Source: an uncultured Oscillospiraceae bacterium
Lineage (GTDB): Bacteria; Bacillota; Clostridia; Peptostreptococcales; Anaerovoracaceae
DNA length: 48,198 bases
NCBI GenBank assembly: GCA_964408195.1
Contig: CAYOYO010000001.1
Span: forward strand, 2,479 to 50,676
Direction: 5' to 3'
This document shows positions 18,057-27,185 of this stretch, one piece after another; position 1 is the stretch's first letter; every line of letters starts with the position of its first letter. A model generated the notes under the pieces. It saw only the letters and a list, made by a program, of their open reading frames with translations. It was not told where the DNA came from and did not search any database. The position numbers were made by a program, and so were the translations under genes.

Positions 18057-19025
18057 ATGAAGAGAAAAGTATTAGCATGTGTTCTTGCTTGTGCGATGTT
18101 GTTCCTGGGCATGGGGTACGCCTACTGGACGGATAGCCTGCAAATCGACAATGCAGTAACCACAGGGGAGCTTCAAGTAAAATTTGTTGACCTGGCTCTC
18201 TATGGCCAGTATGCCGGACAGGACAACGAAAAGTCATGGGCAATTATCGATGGTGTGGGTACGCCGGGCTATGTAGACAACTATTTCTTTGATCGGGGCG
18301 ATGAAAACAACGGCAATGGATTATACAATATCATTGCAACCCCAGCTGATCTAGCTGCCTACAATGCCAGAGTACACGGATTTACACAGACTGACTTTAC
18401 TGCGGCTTTGGATGACCCCCAAAAGATGGATGTAGTTGTTGGCCCTTATGGACTAAACACAGATTCTTCCAGTAAAATCAACATCGCGATTAATAAGATG
18501 TATCCCGGTTATGCACAGGTCTTCCAGGCTGACATCGTCAATGTGGGAACCATAGCTGCAAAACTCAGCGACATCGATGTTGCTGTTACCGACATGCCCA
18601 ACAACGATATTAAAAGCATGATTGGTGTATCTCTTAGAGTGCTCAGGGAATACGCGGGAACTGAGGGGCATGTTGATGTATTCTCAACATTAGATCTTCC
18701 CACATCTGCTTACTTCACCCTGGGCGGCGTTTGCTTCATCCGTCTCTCCGCTCTGGAAAGCCTGAATTTGGCCAGCGTGATCGACAGATCTCACGACCTC
18801 CTCTATATCACACCGGATGATGATAACAGGATGGACATTTATCTGGGAATCGCCATGGATCCGGATGAAGATGGTGTTTATACCAGCGGTATTTCCAGCG
18901 ACCTGTCCGGTAAGTCCGATGACAGCACAGAGAATATCAATACAGCCAAATTCAATCTGAACTTCTTATGGGATCAATTCAATGTTGGAGTTCCCGTGGG
19001 AGGAGACCACATTCATTTAGAGTAG
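18057..19025 (+). CDS. TasA/camelysin-like secreted protein with a SipW-cognate-type signal peptide; probable major subunit
   Basis: The N-terminus is MKRKVLACVLACAMLFLGMGYAYWTDSLQI. The internal MYPGYAQVFQADIVNVGTIAAKL resembles the TasA-family PGD...N.G strand motif. It has a strong RBS (AAAGGAGA), its own upstream intergenic region, and a perfect hairpin downstream. Confidence 0.7.
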   Translation: MKRKVLACVLACAMLFLGMGYAYWTDSLQIDNAVTTGELQVKFVDLALYGQYAGQDNEKSWAIIDGVGTPGYVDNYFFDRGDENNGNGLYNIIATPADLAAYNARVHGFTQTDFTAALDDPQKMDVVVGPYGLNTDSSSKINIAINKMYPGYAQVFQADIVNVGTIAAKLSDIDVAVTDMPNNDIKSMIGVSLRVLREYAGTEGHVDVFSTLDLPTSAYFTLGGVCFIRLSALESLNLASVIDRSHDLLYITPDDDNRMDIYLGIAMDPDEDGVYTSGISSDLSGKSDDSTENINTAKFNLNFLWDQFNVGVPVGGDHIHLE

Positions 19026-19064
19026 ATTCGATAAATGCAACGACTACAGTGAAATAGAAAAGCC

Positions 19065-19098
19065 ACAGGGTGCCTTAAACTCCTTTAAGGCACCCTGT
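19065..19098 (+). terminator. Perfect 15-bp hairpin between the major-subunit gene and the next gene (attenuator or partial terminator)
   Basis: acagggtgccttaaa, loop ctcc, tttaaggcaccctgt. No T-run follows. Confidence 0.45.
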
Positions 19099-19136
19099 CA
19101 TTACCGAAGATGATGCGATGAGAAACGGGGTAAGAT

Positions 19137-20177
19137 ATGAAACTCACATTACATAAAAAGACAAAGAAATATATCTTGGCCATCCTGCTCTTTCTTCTGC
19201 TCTTTACGGCAGTCCAAACATATAATACCGTGAAAAACCAGGAGATAGTCACAGAAGAAAAAGTCATTTTCGAATACAGTTGTGAGCAGGCTCTGGATTA
19301 CAGTGTAAACATCCGGCCCAATGAACTGTATCCGGGAACCGTGCTGGAGGAAGGGAACTATTACAGCAAGCTACTGCTGGACAACATTCAGGCACATTTC
19401 ACGATTGATTATGAGAGCAGTGACTCTACGCCTATCAAGATAGAGTACCAGGTTATTGCAAGGGTGAACGGTTATCAGGGTCAGGCGCCGGAGCAAACGA
19501 TCTATTGGTCTAAAGATTTTCCGCTGATACAAAATAAAATTGTTGAGATAGAAGAAAATAGCTGGACCGGAGAAGAGCAGATTCGTTTTACCTTAGGGGA
19601 ATATGACGCATTTGCCGTGAGAGCAAAGGAAATCTCAGGGATGAAAGTATCCAATGAGGTTGTGGTAGAACTGTTTGGCACCATTACTGCCATGACGGAA
19701 AGCGAGGAAGTGGCAATTCCCCTTTCTTCTTCTCTGCAAATTCCTCTGCTGGAAGATGTGTTTCAGGTGACCAAGAATGCAGGAGAGGCGATTCAAGGCT
19801 CCGTAAAGCAGACAGAAGAAACCATCCTTCCTTTTGACCGTACAAAAGTTTCTCTGTTAGCCGTACTCATGTTGTTAAATGTGGCCGCAATACCCGTGCT
19901 CATGGTTGTGATTAAGGAGCCGGATGAACTCACCATCCAGCGGAGAAAAAACAATGGGCTCATTCGGAATTATGGCAGTCGTCTGGTGGCAATGAAAGAA
20001 ATTCCTGCTCAGGAGTACAGGGGGCTCTATCAGGTGCATAGCATCAAAGACATGATTAAGATTGCCGATGAAATGCAGAGACCGATTTTCTATATTCCCG
20101 ACGATACCACGCTTTTGCGAAACAACGAACTCTTTCTTATCAGTGAAAATACCCTTTATCGATGGAATTCCGCATGA
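19137..20177 (+). CDS. Bitopic membrane protein of unknown function (architecture resembles DUF5305, from recollection)
   Basis: An N-terminal TM (ILAILLFLLLFTAV), an external domain of about 210 aa, a second TM (VSLLAVLMLLNVAAIPVLMVVI), and a cytoplasmic tail of about 90 aa. It is the last gene of the SipW locus. Confidence 0.6.
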   Translation: MKLTLHKKTKKYILAILLFLLLFTAVQTYNTVKNQEIVTEEKVIFEYSCEQALDYSVNIRPNELYPGTVLEEGNYYSKLLLDNIQAHFTIDYESSDSTPIKIEYQVIARVNGYQGQAPEQTIYWSKDFPLIQNKIVEIEENSWTGEEQIRFTLGEYDAFAVRAKEISGMKVSNEVVVELFGTITAMTESEEVAIPLSSSLQIPLLEDVFQVTKNAGEAIQGSVKQTEETILPFDRTKVSLLAVLMLLNVAAIPVLMVVIKEPDELTIQRRKNNGLIRNYGSRLVAMKEIPAQEYRGLYQVHSIKDMIKIADEMQRPIFYIPDDTTLLRNNELFLISENTLYRWNSA

Positions 20178-20200
20178 GGGATAAAATTTCACATAGTAAA

Positions 20201-21448
20201 TCAGAGCTCCGGAACAGTTATGCGACCTGCAATGGCGCTGGCTGCAGCCACTGCGGGAGAAGTCAGATAGATCTCCACCGAGGCCGGTCCCATACGACCC
20301 AAGAAATTTCTGTTGTTGGTAGCTACCACACGCTCTCCTTCGCTGAGGATGCCGCCGCTCCTCCCACAGCAGAGGCCACAGCCCGGATGTGTTACAATCG
20401 CGCCGGCTTGCAACAGGGTTTCAAGAATGCCTGCCTGGGAAGCTTCACGATAAACTTTCCGGCTTGCAGGAGTTATGATTAGTTTCACATAGTCTGCAAC
20501 CTTTCTGCCATTGAAGATTCTTGCGGCTGTTTCCAGGTCTTCCAGCCTACCGTTGGTGCAGGAGCCGATAAAGACCTGGTCGATAGGCAGCCCCGCAAGC
20601 TCACTTACCGGCTTGATGTGATCCACGGCTGGAGGGCAGGCAAGGACAGGTACCAACTCTTCTGCGTTATAATGGATATGGGCAGTGTAAGTAGCATCCG
20701 CATCAGCAGTAATATCTGGGATGTCTGTTAAAGAGACACCGCAGTAATCGGCGGTCTTTTCGTCGGGAGCGATAATAGCTGCTTTCGCGCCGGCTTCCAC
20801 CGCCATGTTCGCCATGGTCATGCGGGAGGCAATGCTCATGTCGGAAACGGTGGTTCCTGCGAATTCCAGGGCTTTATAATTGGCTCCGTCCGAACCCAGG
20901 TCGCCAATCAAGCGCAGTATGATATCTTTTGACATGACATTGGACGGGAGCTTGCCATCTATGGTCACTCGGATGGTTTCGGGAACTTTTACCCAAAGCT
21001 GGCCCGTACCCAGAATCGCTGCCATCTCCGTATATCCCACACCAGAAGAAAAGGCACCTACGCTTCCGTAGGTAGTAGTATGGGAGTCGGTGCCGAACAC
21101 AATATAGCCCGGCTTCACATGGCCGGCTTCCGGCATCAGCTGGTGACAGATGCCGTCGCTTCGATGGACTTTTCTGATCCCGTATTTCGCTGCAAAGGCA
21201 TCTCCAATTTCAAAGTGCCGCACGTCTTCCACTCTGCTTGTGGGTACGAGGTGGTCATAAATCAAAACTACTTTATCCGGATTCCAGATCTTTGTAAATC
21301 CCATCTCCTTAAATTTGTCAGCGACAAAAGGGATGAAAATATCATGAATCATGACACGGTCCACACTTACCGTCACGATATGGTTTGCGTGAACCGCCTT
21401 TCCTTGCAAGTTGTTCCTGATTATTTTTTCAATGGCTGTATATCCCAT
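20201..21448 (-). CDS. Aconitase-family dehydratase large subunit (LeuC/HacA type), paralogue 2
   Basis: It has VDRVMIHDI, GTDSHTTTYG and NMAVEAGAKA, plus the Fe-S ligand regions GSCTNGR and PGCGLCCG. Confidence 0.85.
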   Translation of the reverse strand: MGYTAIEKIIRNNLQGKAVHANHIVTVSVDRVMIHDIFIPFVADKFKEMGFTKIWNPDKVVLIYDHLVPTSRVEDVRHFEIGDAFAAKYGIRKVHRSDGICHQLMPEAGHVKPGYIVFGTDSHTTTYGSVGAFSSGVGYTEMAAILGTGQLWVKVPETIRVTIDGKLPSNVMSKDIILRLIGDLGSDGANYKALEFAGTTVSDMSIASRMTMANMAVEAGAKAAIIAPDEKTADYCGVSLTDIPDITADADATYTAHIHYNAEELVPVLACPPAVDHIKPVSELAGLPIDQVFIGSCTNGRLEDLETAARIFNGRKVADYVKLIITPASRKVYREASQAGILETLLQAGAIVTHPGCGLCCGRSGGILSEGERVVATNNRNFLGRMGPASVEIYLTSPAVAAASAIAGRITVPEL

Positions 21449-21491
21449 TTCCTATCCTCTCTTATACTCACTGCACGCTGCAGTACTTATT

Positions 21492-21986
21492 CTATCTTAA
21501 TATTATCCCGTTCTTTTTCTTCATGGCCTCTACAAGACCGCCGGCACCGATGATTTCCATGAGATTTTCCGGAAGGGGAGAGATGGGGTACCTATGGCCC
21601 CTGTGCTCGATGAATTGATTCAGACAGACTGTGATGGAATCTCCTTCTTCCACCTGATCGGGCAAACGATCCTGCTCTATGAGAAGGAGTCCGTTATTTA
21701 TGGCATTGCGATAGAAGATTCTTGCGAAGGATTTGGCGATGACGCAGCCCACCTGCAGGCTCTTGATGATCTCCGGCGCCTGCTCCCTGGACGACCCGCA
21801 GCCGAAGTTTTTCCCCGCCACTAGAATATCTCCCGGTTGGATCAAACCGGCAAGTTCCGGTCGCAGTGGAGAAAAAGCGAATTTTCTCATGTCCCCAATG
21901 CTCTTCATTGCCAAATATTCTGTGGGTATGATGATATCCGTATCGATGTCATCGCCCAATAAAAAGACCTTCCCTTTCATCTCCAT
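21492..21986 (-). CDS. Aconitase-family dehydratase small subunit (LeuD/HacB type), paralogue 2
   Basis: It has DDIDTDIIIPTEYL and GKNFGCGSSREQAP. The ATG at 21986 (MEMKGK) has a GGAGG RBS 6 nt upstream; the track start at 22037 is rejected. Confidence 0.85.
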   Translation of the reverse strand: MEMKGKVFLLGDDIDTDIIIPTEYLAMKSIGDMRKFAFSPLRPELAGLIQPGDILVAGKNFGCGSSREQAPEIIKSLQVGCVIAKSFARIFYRNAINNGLLLIEQDRLPDQVEEGDSITVCLNQFIEHRGHRYPISPLPENLMEIIGAGGLVEAMKKKNGIILR

Positions 21987-22036
21987 ATGATTCCTCCATA
22001 TATTACGTATCCGGGCAATGGCACAATCATTATGCA

Positions 22037-23281
22037 TCAGATTGGCGATACGATTTTCCCTGCAAGAGCCGAAGCTGCCACCGTTGCTGCAGATGCCAGA
22101 TAGACCTTTGAATCCTTGTGTCCCGCTCTGCCTTTAAAGTTCCGCGTGCCGGTTGAAATCAATACTTCTCCTTCGCCGATCACACCCTGACAACTGCCCC
22201 AGCAGACGCTGCAGTTGCTGTTCATGATCATTGCTCCGGCATCCATAAAGATGTCCATGAGCCCTTCCTGCAAGGCTTGCAGATAAACACTGTCTGAAGC
22301 GGGGGATATGAGGAGTCTGACATCCGGGTGGATTTTTCTTCCTTTCAGCAGGGATGCTGCGGTGCGAAGTTCCTCGATACGGCCGTTGTTGCAGGAGCCG
22401 ATAAATCCCTGATCAATCTTTATTTTCCCAATGGAATCTACCTTTACCACGTCATCTACATTGTCGGGTATTGCCACCACCGGGTCGATTTTGCCCAGAT
22501 CGTAATAGAACTCTTTTTCATAGACTGCATCTTCATCACTGTAAAAGAGAGCTTTTGGTTCCCGCCTGCAAACGGCCAGGTATTCAGCGGTTTTTTCATC
22601 CGGTTCGAATATACCGGTCTTTGCACCGGCCTCAACGGCCATATTGGTCAACACCATGCGCTCGTTGATACTCAATGCTTTGGCACCTTCTCCGGTAAAT
22701 TCCATCACCTTATAGGTTGCCCCGTCGGCTCCCAGGTCTCCGATGATGGTCAGGATCAGATCTCTGGGATAAACGCCGTCTTTCAGCTGCCCGGTAAGAT
22801 GAAAGCGAAGGGTAGGGGGGACCAGAACCCAGGACTTGCCCGTTACCATGGAATAGAGAAAATCCGTATTGCCCACACCCGTGCCGAATGCTCCCAGCGC
22901 TCCGTAGGTGCAGGTATGAGAGTCCGCGCCGAAAATCAATTCACCGGGACGCACATATTCTTCCATCATAATCTGATGACATACGCCCTTTCCCTCATAA
23001 AAGGCGATTTCATTAGCCTTTGCAAAATCCCTCATCTTTTTGTGGACTGCTGCAGTCTTGGGATTGTCCGCAGGCATATTGTGATCAATGATGAATACCA
23101 GCTTATCCTTGTCGGCAATTCTGGGCTTTTTCAACATCCGGTTGTACATATCGATGGTCAGGTGGGTGGTACCGTCGTTGCTCATCAAACGATCCACATT
23201 CACCGTATGAATTTCTCCCGCTGCCACTTTCTCTATGCCTGCAGCCGCGGCGATAATCTTTTCGCTGATGGTCATTCCCAT
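22037..23281 (-). CDS. Aconitase-family dehydratase large subunit (LeuC/HacA type), paralogue 1
   Basis: It has VDRLMSNDGT, GADSHTCTYG, NMAVEAGAKT, GSCNNGR and CSVCWGSC. Its start overlaps the upstream small-subunit stop (TAATG). Confidence 0.85.
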   Translation of the reverse strand: MGMTISEKIIAAAAGIEKVAAGEIHTVNVDRLMSNDGTTHLTIDMYNRMLKKPRIADKDKLVFIIDHNMPADNPKTAAVHKKMRDFAKANEIAFYEGKGVCHQIMMEEYVRPGELIFGADSHTCTYGALGAFGTGVGNTDFLYSMVTGKSWVLVPPTLRFHLTGQLKDGVYPRDLILTIIGDLGADGATYKVMEFTGEGAKALSINERMVLTNMAVEAGAKTGIFEPDEKTAEYLAVCRREPKALFYSDEDAVYEKEFYYDLGKIDPVVAIPDNVDDVVKVDSIGKIKIDQGFIGSCNNGRIEELRTAASLLKGRKIHPDVRLLISPASDSVYLQALQEGLMDIFMDAGAMIMNSNCSVCWGSCQGVIGEGEVLISTGTRNFKGRAGHKDSKVYLASAATVAASALAGKIVSPI

Positions 23282-23766
23282 TATTCTGCATCCTCCTTGT
23301 TGAGAAACTCCAAAAGGCCGCCTTCATCCAGGATACTCTTCATGTAGGGGGGCAGCTTGGTACAGACAAGTGTTCGATCTCCGGTTTTGATGAGTCCTTC
23401 TGCTAAATCCAGCTCTATCACATCATCCTGGGAGATTGCCTCATAGGCATCTTTTGAAATAATGGCAGGAAGTCCGATGTTGATGGCATTTCGAAAGAAA
23501 ATTCTGGCAAAAGACCCGGCTACAACGGCACGAATACCCAATTCCTTTAATACTCTGGGTGCTTGCTCCCTGGAAGAACCGCAGCCGAAGTTCTCCCCGG
23601 CAACGATTACATCACCCACCCCTACTTTTTGAGCAAAATCTTTGGTCAGCGGCTCAAACGCATAAGCCTTCATTTCTTCGATTGATGGCAGCAGCAGGTA
23701 TTGGGACGGTATAATCTGATCCGTATCCACATTGTGATTATATTTCCAGACTCTGGATCTATCCAT
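23281..23766 (-). CDS. Aconitase-family dehydratase small subunit (LeuD/HacB type), paralogue 1
   Basis: It has HNVDTDQIIPSQYL and GENFGCGSSREQAP. The ATG at 23766 (MDRSRVW) has an AGGGAGG RBS; the track start at 23850 is rejected. Confidence 0.85.
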   Translation of the reverse strand: MDRSRVWKYNHNVDTDQIIPSQYLLLPSIEEMKAYAFEPLTKDFAQKVGVGDVIVAGENFGCGSSREQAPRVLKELGIRAVVAGSFARIFFRNAINIGLPAIISKDAYEAISQDDVIELDLAEGLIKTGDRTLVCTKLPPYMKSILDEGGLLEFLNKEDAE

Positions 23767-24003
23767 TTTGATCCTCCCTTTGATATTTCTTTGGCTCGAA
23801 AGGAAGCTCGGTAGACACCTTCCGAAGAATGATATTTTGAAATTATACACTATTTTTTATAAGTATTAAACGGATTCTGTAATACAATTGTAAAATCTTT
23901 TGAAAAGGTCTCCCAGTGTTCATTACAGCTTGCGGGGCAGAGGGGAAGTGGTATAATCGTAAGCAGATGGTTTCAAAATATTTGAAAAAGGAACAGTAGA
24001 ACA

Positions 24004-24648
24004 TTGGTGACAGATATGTCTTCTCTTATCATGTCAAACGGTGAATACGGTGAATCCCACTGGTATGAACTGCAAAAAAACGATTTTCACCATATACTCT
24101 GCACGGACGGTGCGGCAGCAAAGGCCAGAAAATGGGGCATGATTCCGGATGTCGTTGTGGGAGATATGGATTCCATCCATCCGGAGGATCTGGATTTTAT
24201 GGAAAAAAATCTGGTTAAGATTCATCGGTATCCCACGAAAAAGGATTATACCGATACATTTCTGGCCCTACTGCAGGCAGAAGAAAACAAATGGGATACC
24301 ATTACTGTCTGGGGAGGAACCGGAGGACGACTCGATCACACCCTGGCCAATTTATTAGGGACCCTATCCTTTGTTCGGCGGGGAATGCGCCTTGTTTTTG
24401 ACAACCCGGAGCTTACGATCTCTATGATCGGGAATTATTTGGAACTACTGGGGACCGAGGGGAATACGGTTTCCCTTTTCCCCATGGGAGGAAAAGCAAC
24501 AGGAGTCACATTGGACGGTTTTAAATACCCGCTTAAAAATGCCTTGTTGGATCCTGAGCTTCCTATCGGCATTTCAAACATATTGACAAAGAATGAAGCC
24601 CATGTATCTGTAGAATCGGGAATTTTAGCGGTTTTTCACTACAAGTAG
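24004..24648 (+). CDS. thiN: Thiamine pyrophosphokinase
   Basis: It has CTDGAA, PDVVVGDMDSI, KDYTD and GGTGGRLDHTLAN. The start could be the TTG at 24004 or the ATG at 24016. Confidence 0.85.
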   Translation: MVTDMSSLIMSNGEYGESHWYELQKNDFHHILCTDGAAAKARKWGMIPDVVVGDMDSIHPEDLDFMEKNLVKIHRYPTKKDYTDTFLALLQAEENKWDTITVWGGTGGRLDHTLANLLGTLSFVRRGMRLVFDNPELTISMIGNYLELLGTEGNTVSLFPMGGKATGVTLDGFKYPLKNALLDPELPIGISNILTKNEAHVSVESGILAVFHYK

Positions 24649-24739
24649 AAGCCTGTCGTTGCACTTTGCTCCGATAAAGTGTATAATTTAACCAGTAGAA
24701 ACATCCGAACTCTCTTTGAAAAATCCTTGGAGGTGCTCT

Positions 24740-25282
24740 ATGGAGTCTGCAAACCTAGTCATACGTGAAACTGTATTTTCTGACTGCCTGCTCTTCGCGG
24801 AATGGGAGAACAAAGAATACATCCAGGAAGGCTTTACCATGTCGAAAGACAGGGATTATGAAGAAATCGTGAAGGAGTATGTAATACGAACTCTGGAGCC
24901 GGATAAGCTTCAATTCACCATTGTCTTCCGGGAGGAGGAAAAGCCCATAGGCCGGATATACATCAGCCGCATAGATACCCATGCCGATTCCCTGGACATT
25001 ACACGCATCTACATCGGTGAGGAGGAATATCTGGGAAAAGGATTGGGAGAAGAAGCCATGCGACTCATTTTGGAGTATTGCTATATCCAGCTTCATACGG
25101 AGCGGGTGACCTTGGATCATCTCCCTTCCAATGAACGAGCGGCCTCTCTCTACAAAAAACTGGGGTTCCAATACGAAGGGATTTTGCGGAACGGCGGAAA
25201 GAAGAACGGACGCTATGTGGATTTGCATCTCATGTCTATGCTCAGAGCGGAGTATTATGAAAAATGCAGGCGCGTCCTATAG
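24740..25282 (+). CDS. GNAT-family N-acetyltransferase (RimJ/RimL-like)
   Basis: LVIRETV..D...F..W sits at the N-terminus, the acetyl-CoA region is GKGLGEEAMRLILEY, and LYKKLGFQYEG follows. I chose the ATG at 24740, which has a GGAGG RBS. Confidence 0.75.
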   Translation: MESANLVIRETVFSDCLLFAEWENKEYIQEGFTMSKDRDYEEIVKEYVIRTLEPDKLQFTIVFREEEKPIGRIYISRIDTHADSLDITRIYIGEEEYLGKGLGEEAMRLILEYCYIQLHTERVTLDHLPSNERAASLYKKLGFQYEGILRNGGKKNGRYVDLHLMSMLRAEYYEKCRRVL

Positions 25283-25303
25283 AGCTAAGAAAACGGAGAT
25301 AAT

Positions 25304-27181
25304 GTGGATAAAAACCTGGAAATGCCAATTTACCTGTTTCACCAGGGAACCGCAACCAGAGCATATGAGTTGTTGGGCGCCCACCCTTGTCAAAAAGGTG
25401 GGGAGACGGGATATGTTTTCCGCCTTTGGGCTCCAAACGCCAGGAATGTTTTTTTAACGGGAGATTTCAACAACTGGGATATAGGGGCCGACCCTATGAA
25501 GAAAATAACGGAACAAGGGATTTGGGAGATTTTCCGTCCGGAAGTAAACCAATTTGATCTGTATAAATATGCCGTAGAGGATTCCGCAGGGACATTGCAT
25601 TCAAAGGCGGACCCCTACGGCTTTCATATGGAGACTAGACCTGCAACCGCTACAAGGGTTTATGACATTTCCGGCTATGCCTGGCAGGATAGCCAATGGA
25701 TGGAATCCCGAAGGGAAACGTCACCTTATGGCAGGCCGTTAAACACTTACGAAGTCCATCTGGGTTCCTGGCGAAAGTATTCTGACGGTAATTTTTTTGA
25801 TTATAAAAAAATGGCCTCCGAATTGATTCCCTATGTGCTGGAAATGGGGTATACCCATATCGAACTCATGCCTGTGAGCGAATATCCTCTGGATGCCTCC
25901 TGGGGCTACCAGGTGCTGGGATACTATGCACCAAGTTCAAGGTACGGTACGCCGGAAGAATTTATGGCCTTTGTGGATCGATGTCACCTGGCAGGACTGG
26001 GAGTTATACTGGACTGGGTCCCCGGCCATTTTCCCAAAGACAGGGAAGGACTCATTCTTTTTGACGGAACTCCTTGCTATGAATACGAAGACCGGTTAAA
26101 AAACAGTCATGAGGAATGGGGCACCATGCTATTTGACTGGGGCCGAAATGAAGTGCGTAGTTTTCTCATCTCCAACGCCATGTTCTGGTTTGATCTGTAT
26201 CACGCAGATGGACTTCGAGTGGATGCAGTGGCTTCCATGCTCTATCTGGATTACGGCAGAAAGGAAGGGCAGTGGCGTCCAAATCGTTTCGGCGGAAGGG
26301 AGAACCTGGAAGCGGTTTCTTTCTTGCAAGATTTGAATAAAGCCGTCTTCGCCGCCTATCCCGATGCATTAATGATTGCGGAAGAATCCACCGCATGGCC
26401 ACTCGTCACCTCGCCGGTGGAGGTGGGGGGACTGGGATTCAACTTCAAATGGAATATGGGCTGGATGAACGACAGCCTGGATTACATGAAGACGGACCCT
26501 CTCTTTCGTAAAGGAAAACATGGGGCTTTAACCTTTCCCCTAACTTATGCTTTTTCCGAAAATTTCATATTGCCACTGTCACATGATGAGGTGGTCCACG
26601 GCAAAAGGTCTCTGCTGAATAAAATGCCCGGATCTTATGAGGAAAAGTTCGCCGGGTTACGTGCTTATTTTGGATACATGATGGCCCATCCGGGAAAAAA
26701 ACTCCTCTTCATGGGAGGAGAGTTCGGTCAGTTTTCCGAATGGAATTTTGCAGGGGAATTGGACTGGATCCTCCTGGAATATGAACAGCATCGTAAGATG
26801 AAGGAGTACGTAGCGGATTTAAACCACCTTTATCTGAAGCAGGAGCCCCTATGGCAGATGGAAAGAGATTGGAATGGATTTCGTTGGTTGGCCGCCGATG
26901 ATGCGGACATGAATATCATCGCATTTTCCAGAATAGGTATAGAAGGACAAGAGCTGTTGGTACTGTGCAATTTTGCTCCCGTGGGAAGAAGGAACTACCC
27001 CTTGCAAGCGGAAGGTCCCGGGGACTATGTTCTCCTGCTGGATTCAAATAACCGGAAGTACGGAGGAGACGGCCTGGGGGCCAGAAAAGTCCTTCGAACC
27101 GAGAATCCGACACTCTCTCCGGAGAACATTATATTGGCGGATTTGCCGCCTTTATCCACACTGTATTATAAGCGGAGGTGA
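25304..27181 (+). CDS. glgB: 1,4-alpha-glucan branching enzyme
   Basis: The GH13 regions are [31 protein letters not shown] and [10 protein letters not shown]. An N-terminal CBM48-like region (FRLWAPNA) is present. The start is GTG at 25304; the ATG at 25322 is also possible. Confidence 0.9.
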   Translation: MDKNLEMPIYLFHQGTATRAYELLGAHPCQKGGETGYVFRLWAPNARNVFLTGDFNNWDIGADPMKKITEQGIWEIFRPEVNQFDLYKYAVEDSAGTLHSKADPYGFHMETRPATATRVYDISGYAWQDSQWMESRRETSPYGRPLNTYEVHLGSWRKYSDGNFFDYKKMASELIPYVLEMGYTHIELMPVSEYPLDASWGYQVLGYYAPSSRYGTPEEFMAFVDRCHLAGLGVILDWVPGHFPKDREGLILFDGTPCYEYEDRLKNSHEEWGTMLFDWGRNEVRSFLISNAMFWFDLYHADGLRVDAVASMLYLDYGRKEGQWRPNRFGGRENLEAVSFLQDLNKAVFAAYPDALMIAEESTAWPLVTSPVEVGGLGFNFKWNMGWMNDSLDYMKTDPLFRKGKHGALTFPLTYAFSENFILPLSHDEVVHGKRSLLNKMPGSYEEKFAGLRAYFGYMMAHPGKKLLFMGGEFGQFSEWNFAGELDWILLEYEQHRKMKEYVADLNHLYLKQEPLWQMERDWNGFRWLAADDADMNIIAFSRIGIEGQELLVLCNFAPVGRRNYPLQAEGPGDYVLLLDSNNRKYGGDGLGARKVLRTENPTLSPENIILADLPPLSTLYYKRR

Positions 27182-27185
27182 TTTT

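Noticed and set aside
26973-27185. The long N-terminal extension of glgC in the ORF track. The same issue applies to the extended track starts at 10037, 13061, 16629, 22037, 23850, 40457, 41606, 42818 and 46412.
   Set aside because: The extensions overlap the preceding genes and lack RBSs. Internal starts with good Shine-Dalgarno spacing match the conserved N-termini of the respective families.
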